Source: Perna viridis
Lineage: Eukaryota
Assembly: GCA_037379345.1 (NCBI GenBank)
Contig: CM074523.1
Coordinates: forward strand, 30,953,678 to 31,017,677
DNA: 64,000 nucleotides
Reading direction: 5' to 3'
This document shows positions 54,401 through 63,400 of the stretch, in pieces. Each line of letters starts with the position of its first letter. The stretch's first letter is position 1. Below the pieces are notes generated by a model. It saw only the letters and a list, made by a program, of their open reading frames with translations, did no database searches and was not told the origin of the DNA. The translations under genes were made by a program, and so were the position numbers.

Positions 54401-57400
54401 CAACTGGAGTGAATTCCTACAACAACATAAAATGACATCCTGTTAATGTGTATGGTTAACATTCTGCTAATGTGTATGGTTAAACATTCTGTTAATGTGT
54501 ATGGTTAACATTCTGTAAATATGTATTGTTAACATTCTGTTAATGTGTATGGTTAAACATTCTGTTAATGTGTATGGTTAACATTCTGTTAATGTGTATG
54601 GTTAAACATTCTGTTAATGTGTATGGTTAACATTCTGTTAATGTGTATGGTTAAACATTCTGTTAATGTATATGGTTAAACATTCTGTTAATGTGTATGG
54701 TTAACATTCTGTTAATGTGTATGGTTAAACATTCTGTTAATGTGTATGGTTAAACATTCTGTTAATGTGTATCATTAAACAGGTAGAACATTTGGTAAAT
54801 TCAACAAACCTTCTAGTTTTTAATGTAACTAGTTTCTGTGAAATGATCTTTTTTTTCTGTTATATTAATTAACATGACTCAATAAATGTTTGCAGTATTA
54901 TGAGATAAAATCAATTTTTATTTGTTATTTTTTTGCCTTTCTTTTTTGTCCTCTGAGAAAATTGACACATATTGTGTCAACATATCTGTTTACCCAAATC
55001 CTGAACATTCCATCATTCCAACAGTAATGCATTATATTTTAATTTAATCTTGAACTTTGTGATTTTCCACAATTTAAAAATGGTGCTTACTATTCAAAAT
55101 CACAATCAGAATTTCCAAATTGCAATGAACTTTCATTCAAATTACGGAGAATCGGTCAAGTAAACACAATGAGTATTAAGTAGCACTCCAGCTAAGAATC
55201 ATGCAAAATGTGATTCATGGGTAAAAAGCCTACATATCTATATTTTTGTTTGAATTGTAAACAGAAATTAACATTCATTTTTTCATATGACCCGTGTTCT
55301 TAGGAAATAAAAATAATATATAATGCACTGCAGATTTCAAGGGAACCAAGGTTATAGCGGTAATCAAAAGAATGTAATCCAGGGACAAAGACCAGACATG
55401 GAAAACAGACATTCACAACAAAAAACTTAAAGTAACTAAAATGACACTCAAATACAATCGAATCTATTGGATTTTCAATGTTGATTATCTCCTAAGAGCA
55501 GGCAGGTTTGAATGAATAATTACACATTTCATAGTATAGACCCATAAAACAACTTAATTACAAAAATAAAAAATATGTAGCCTTTTTTAAGGTGTATCAA
55601 ATTTAACAGAATTCACATGATTCTTACAAAGACTGCTACTTAATTATTGAATTCTAATATGACATGCTACAAAGCCCTTTAGACCACAGCCATGGTAAAA
55701 AAGTGATATACACATGACCAACATTTCATGCCACACATAGAAACTAGTCCTATCAGAATCCATTTTATCATTGTTTCACCACAGAATGTCATTTATGTCA
55801 TTTTTTAACCCCTCGTAATAACTCAGGTAAAACAAACGATTTTTTTCTTAACTGAATTACTAAGACGAAGGAAAACAAAAATAAACAGTACCAGTGTTGA
55901 TGTAACAGTAGGTATTTCTCTCTCCTGAGACAGTCTATACTGAATGTTACTCTCAAGAATCTTTTCAGATCTCGGCACAACAAAGTCTGATCGTTTACGT
56001 GGCTGTGCCATCTCTGGTTGTTGTTGCCATGGTTTCACTGGTTGCTGGACTAAATCAGGCTGTTGTTGCCATGGTCTGACTGGTTTCTGGGTCATCTCTG
56101 GCTGTTGTTGCCATGGCTTCACTGGTTGCTCAGCAACCTTTGGCTGCCATGTTTTTGGTGCTGGTGGTGGTGGAGCTACTTTTTCTACAATATTTATAGA
56201 TTTTTTCTAGCCATCAGTTTGTTACAAAATCTTTAATCATATAATCTTACTGCTATACCAAAGAAACAGGTGCATTCAAATCAGAATGTCTTATCCGTAA
56301 AAATTCCAAACTATAATTTCAAATCCGTTAACAGTTAGAAAGTAGTTGATAACCAGACTTAAATGTCTTTAACGTCTAAAATGATAGCATAGTACACATT
56401 TATAAACAAAGTGCCCCCTTTTCAATCACAGGGTGATATATTGGTAAAACTTGGTCCATCCTTTATTCCATCTGTCCTAATTTTGTAACAATATCTGGGC
56501 CCCAAGGGAATGGATTGATTTCAAATCGTGAAAGAATTGGTTATTTACTGCAATAGTACTTAATTTCACAAAATAAATTATCAGGGAGTCTTGGCTTAAA
56601 GGAAAAGACCATGTTATTATGCAAGTCATTAATATAGAATCTGTTTAATGTTCATGAAAATAACATTGAAACAAAATAATTTCATTTTCTTAATGAGCCA
56701 ATCCGAAGCTATCAGTAAAAATCAATAAGTCTGCTTATGATCTTCCTTCAGATAGGAGAGTTCAGCAAGATGGCTATCCACTTATATTTCAAGAATTTCG
56801 AACTTTGCATAGCCTTGAGCATTTCATAAAAGTGCATTTTGCATTAAAGTTATTTATTTTTGTTTACGTGGGTATGATTTATCATAAGAGCCTAACTTAA
56901 TGCAAAGGTGACCTTTCCCTTTAACCTTCCTGATTTGTGAAGTATGTGAAAATTGAAATTTGAATTTGTGGATTCATAACCCACTAACACCCATGAATTG
57001 ATACACAAATGATTAAAACTGTCATGCTGTATTTTGCTGTTATTACCTTCTGGAGGAACTAGTGTAGCTGTAGTATCAGTCTGTCCCATCAGGTTCACTG
57101 CTGTACAGGTGTACTGACCAGCATCGTCAGGTTTACAATTAACGATAGTCAGAGTTATCTTTCCTGATCTGTCATCAATGGTTATCCTGTATCTATAATT
57201 AGAAATAAAATTTTATTAAAACATTTGCAATATGCCTTCACCACCACTATGTATCAGAAAATATACCCTCAGTTTTATTTTTATGAAGTCGGCACAAAGA
57301 GAAAAAAGTTTAAGTCCAAATCTTCATCTTCAAAATTTTGAAACATGCAAAATAAATTTACTTCTTTCTCATATTTTCAAGCTTTCTGAAGAGACAAATA

Positions 57401-60400
57401 CAAACCTTTGACTGACTCTGATTGGGAAACCCCGTTTTCTCCATGATACATCTGGGAAAGGTTTTCCAGTGACAGTGCATTCAAACACAGCATTGGTACC
57501 TTCTCTCAATTTCTGGTTTTGTGGATGTTGGGTGAAGCATGGTGCTTCAGGCTCGATAGGGGAGGGAACCCTTTCTTCCCTAAGTGGTGCCTTATCAGCC
57601 TGGAAAGCTTCACTCACTGGTGACATAATTGGTGATCCTAAAAATAAAGATAAAGTAAAAATGAAGAAAAAAAATTTCAATATTTTTTTTCAATAAATGT
57701 CAATATTTTACATAAAGATAATGGGTCATTTCATAGGATATGGGTTAGCGCACCTCAAAAACATTATACTTTATATCAACAAAATCTATCATTCGCACAA
57801 TAATTTGGTACAAAATCAAAAAGGTATGGATGGACTTTGCCATATCCTCCTTCCACATAAGATAAGGACACTCAGTGAACAAATATTATAACAGTTACCA
57901 CAGGGTGTAACCCATACAGTACTGAATAGAACCACATAAATTGGATAACTTTAATCCTTTGAATGAATAAAATAACCTAATTAATGATGCAATGCTTGAA
58001 CTGAATACATTAAAAAAATCTATTTCCATCATGGACAAGTAGAAACTACAAGCACCACATGGATTGTATTCCATCATGGACATGTGAATATTACAAGATC
58101 CACACAAGTTGTACTGTATTTCCAGAATTACTTACTCTGTACAAACAGATTAGCCTGGGTTGTATCTGAACCTTCAGCATTTGTAGCAATGACCTTGAAC
58201 ACTCCAGAATCTTCTGGGAAGGTCTCCGCAATGGCAAGTCTACACACACCATTGTCGTATGTAATCTGGTAGTCAGGTGAACTTCTGATTATGACATCAT
58301 CACGATACCATTTGATGATTGCCTCTGGCTGCGCCTCAACGCTAGCTTCAAATACAACAGGCTCTCCTTGGTTCACATTCATGTTCTGTAGAGGCTGTAG
58401 ATATAAAATAAAATAGAAACTAACAAAGGATTTTGAATCCAATGCCCTGCTTAAGGTCATAGATACTGAAAAAAATTTAAGGGTCCTGGGATGGGATTTT
58501 ATTCATTTATCAATTTGTTTTTATATTAAATATAATATCAGAAATATTCCAATGGAGATATAAACTTTGCTGTAAGTCAATACAGCTTTTGGCTTGGTTT
58601 AACAAATAAGCTTACAATTCATCTTACCTAAAGCTTCAAAAATACATTAGATATCCAAGCCCATAGTCAGAACTGTTTGGGGAGTTTGGAAAGTGGATGG
58701 TTCATTCAGATGGCATTTTTCCCACGTTAGTAGTTTTATCAAATTAAAGCTTTTTTCAAATTTTCAACACTTTTTTGAATCCAAGAGGTCATTATAACCA
58801 CCTCCCCTTGACCCCTTTGGATATGAGTGCCATTTATGAGTTTTAAGTGCAATGGACAGCACATGAATCAATTGTATTGGCCATACCATAAAAAAATCTG
58901 GTTTGCTGAAGGACATTAGAAATTGAGGATAGGAGTGTGACATTACCTGAGTAAATCTGGGTTTTTGTTTTGGTGTAACTTGAACTGGTTGCCCTGGTAA
59001 TTTAACTGTTTTCTTGTATGATGGTTGCTCTGGTTTCTTGTCTAGCTGCATGCTGACTTCCTCCCTATACCTTGGTGACTTTTCCTGTGGGGACTCTGCT
59101 CTCTTGACAAAGTCAGACGGGAGCTGAAGTTTACGGACCTTTGATGTTGGCTCCTCAGGGGCACTTCTTGGCGCAGGTGCTCTCTTGGGCTCAAATCTTT
59201 CCTCCTGTACTGGTTTAGGAGTTTCCATGGGAACTGCAATTATAATTAAAAAGAATGAAAATAATTTGAAATCTTGCTTTTTCTAAAAATCTGATGAAAT
59301 CGCAAAGTATAATATTAATAGCATAATTAATTGGAAAGAGTGCATAGCCAAAACATGATCAAAAGTGCCAAAGAATGCTTAGATTTAACGAGTTCCATGT
59401 TCAAGTTAATGCATCCTTGGCACGAGTGATTATATTTTTCACAATAACTAATTGATCCTATTTATTCTATAGATTCTCTCCCTTATTTCTTGCTATTTCT
59501 AATATAAAATTCAAATTTTTGTAAATGGCCGATTGATATACATGTTATGGTGTTTTGTGACATTCTGGCAGGAGAAAGTCCAGATGTGAAATTACAGAAT
59601 TTATTTCACAGTGTGAATTATTGAAAATTTTTATACTTGTAACATTTGGTTAATCACTGCTGTCTATATAATAAGGAAAATTCTCAACTTGTTGATGTTG
59701 TGACAAAAAGTTAAGTTTGATATATTTAAGAATTGGCAATTATAAAAATTTTGTCTATTGAAAAATAACATAAATTTTCCATGCGCATATTATTTATTGC
59801 GTGAAGTGTACATGGAAAATTTATGTTATTTTTTTAATAGACAAAATTTTTATCATACCCAATTCTTATAAATTAATTTTAAAACATATTTTTATCTTTA
59901 AACATGAGAAAAGTAGCTCTGAATTTAACTGAATAGGAACGTGTCAATATGTTTTTTTCCATTGAGATATAACAAAATTATTTTAACCAATCAGATTACA
60001 GTATTTATCTCAAATTAATTTATTGTCATTTATTGGTACTAGCAGTTTTGCTAAGGAGAATTTTTTTTAAAATAGGACAATTAATATTTTGTCATTACCT
60101 TCCACTCTGAGGTTAGCTGTACATGTTGTCTGACCAGCTGGGTTTCTGGCCTCAGCGGTGTACTGCCCTGCATCTTCGTAGAAAACTTCAGGAACATGGA
60201 GGGAGCTACTGTCTCCTTCATGTACAATCTCAAAGTCTGGTGAGCTTGTGAGTTTAGAGCCATCTTTAAACCATGTGATCTCAGGAGGTGGATGGCCAGT
60301 CACACGGACTGTAAATTTGACAGGGTTACCTTCCTTTACCATCTGTGATTGTGGTTTCTGTACAAAGGCGGGTGGAACCATAGAGGCTAAAAATAAAATC

Positions 60401-63400
60401 AGAATTCAATATTAAGGAAATATGGCAGCTAAAAATAGAATCAAATATAAATAAAATGGAATTACACAGGCTGTTAATAGAATCAGATTACAAAATGGTT
60501 TTTAAAATCAAGGAATACTTCATAGCAATTCTGCCATTGACATGTATGAAATTAACAGAATCTAAAATCTTGATAAATAGCAATGAATGAATTCAAAATG
60601 GGTAATCATAATACTGATGAAGATTTTACAAGTCTTTTTAAAGAAGAGCAATGAATTATTAAATTCAAAATCTCTTCAGGAAACTTGCAACATTGCAATC
60701 ATTGAATGGACCACATAATTATGTAAAAATCACTAAAAAGGAAAAAAAAAGAATGGACAGTGAGTGTTCTTACCTCTGACAATAAGTTCAGCAGTGCTGG
60801 TAGCTTGTCCAGCAATATTTTTGGCTGTACATTTAAACTGACCCTGATCTTCAGGGAAAGCCTCTGGTATACTGAGAGATACTCTTCCATCCCTGTAAGA
60901 GATCTCAAAGTCTGGTTTCTCTGTCAGCTCCTTACCCTCTCTGAACCATTTGACTGTGGGCTCTGGTTTACCTGTCAAGTGAAAAAAAAAATGAAAAACT
61001 GATCATTTGAAAACAGATCCCCCTAAATTTCATAGTTTTCAATGTAAATGCATTATGTCTTATTTTGTCTTTTAGTTTTAAGGTTATAAATCATATCCTC
61101 AGTTTTCTTTTCATTTCAACATCTGAAGTTTGATATTTTTTCAAAAGTATTTGTTCGATAAAAAGCAAAATTGACAGAGTAAAACACAAGTCTAAATATT
61201 TAGAAAAGAGGAGTTCCAGGCTAAATTGGTAATAAATTGCCACAAAATGCACAATATTGACAAAATTTCTTACAAAAGGGATCTAACTGCTGGAAATCTT
61301 CCTGGATACACTAGTAATTCATACACTTCTAACTTCGAGCAAAATAAAAAAAATAATAAACTGGTCTTCTTTCTAGTAAATAGTCCTTACCTGTAACAAT
61401 GCCCTCAAATGTAACTCTAGTTCCTTCCATTGTCTCAATGTTCTTCAGCACCTGTACAAATTTAGGAGGCACAGGGACGGAAATCGTTAGATCTATTGGC
61501 TGGTATTTAGGCTGAACGTCAGCCTTTAATGTCGTGGCATGGGTTTCTCTGGTCTGGATTGGTTTAATGTCATATGGTCTTGAGACATCAATTGGTTTGA
61601 CGTCATATGGCCGAGAGACATCTGTGGTTATTGTCATGCTGTGTTGCTCTGATGATGGGATGTAAGTTGGTTGTGTGTCGTGTGTTTCTACCACACGGCT
61701 GATTCTGGTCTCAGTGGAGGAGACAGTCTCTGTGTGTGACACACGTCTTGTCCTAAAATTGGCAATGAATAACCAAACAGTGAATGATTCTTCCTCAATA
61801 ATAAATATAAAGGTCAAGTGTAGAAATGGAAAATTAACAATTTGAAAAATGGAAAACTTTTTTTTGTATTTTTTAATTTTTTACACTGTATATTTGAATT
61901 TAATCAAGCAATTAAAATTTTGAACATCCTTCTAAATAAAAAATGTTAAGCTACTCCTAGACTTGACTTTTTATGAGCAACTCGGCGGGTGTTTCTAGAA
62001 AAGCAGAGGACGCTTACCCTACCGGTGCACCTGGTCCGTGCTCCCAGTTTTTAGTGGAGTCCGAGTTGCTCATTTGCTCTTGTTACTTTGTGTGTATGAT
62101 TTTAGTTACTTTATGTTCTTTGTTGCGTATGTCTGTTTTCCATGTCTGGTCTTAGTCCCTGGATTACATTCTTTTGATTACCACTATAACCTTGGTTCCC
62201 CTGATTACTCTTTCTACCCATCTTTTACATCTTTTATATTCATCATCATCAAAATAGATTTAAAAAAGCAAAAAATTTTACTAGTGTTCTCAATACTCTT
62301 CTAGGGCAAATAAAGATTGATAATATCAAAATGTACATTAATAAAAGACCATTTCATTTAGTTTACATTTGTCATTCCTACAAACCTAAGAAGTTATACT
62401 TACATTTCTGAGCTACCAAATATTCTAGTTTTTGGTATGGCTGGTTCCTCCTCCACAAACAAATAAGCAGAACATGTTGCCTTTCCAAGTGGATTTTCAG
62501 CAGTGATAGAAAATCGTCCAGCATCCTCATCAAACGTCTCAGGAATATGTAATGTGTGTTTAGATCCCTCCATTTTGATATTATAGTCACGTGACACTAT
62601 GGGCATGCCGTTGAAGTACCATGTGACCTTAGGTTTGGGACTTCCTGAAATTGAGCATTCAATGCTTACAGGTTCTCCAGCATTAACGGTCATATCATGG
62701 AAAAGTCTTTGGAATTCAGGAGGAGACTGTTCCAGCTCTTTCTTGGTCTCCTGAGATTCCTTAGTTTGGATCATTTGTCTCATTTTCATGACTTCTGATG
62801 TCTCCATCGGTTCTGGTGTAGTTTTGACAGATAGTTTGGCGTATGACTTGGCCTCACCAACCATGTTGACAGCTTTTACCATGTAGGTTCCAGAATCTTC
62901 TACAAAGGCTTCTGGGATAGTCAGATTGTGGACATCAGCAAATGCAGTCACCTAGAAATGTATTAAAGCATCCTAAAATGTTTTCACAAGACCTATCTTG
63001 GTATACAATTTTAGAATTTATATTTGAATCTGTGCAATTGTAATTTTGTTTTCAGATTGTAACTTTTGTTTGTCATGTTTCTTCTCAGAGTAAAAAATTA
63101 TCAAATTAATTGAGTCTTTCTGACCTTTCTAAAAACAATCAATTTTCAAGACACAGTGACATAATTCTGTAAAGTCACAAAGAATTTCATGCATTATTTA
63201 CTGGAGAATTTTTTTTATTTCTGTAAGTATGAGTATACATTTTTTTTATGAAAAAAAAACAATATGATGTGTAAGGTCCTTCAATTATAAGGCCTTTAAT
63301 TACCTGAGAAAAAAAACAACATCAAATTCATTGGCAGTATGACGCACATTTTAACAAAATCAAGATTATTAATCTAATTCAAACTACTTTGTACCTGGTA

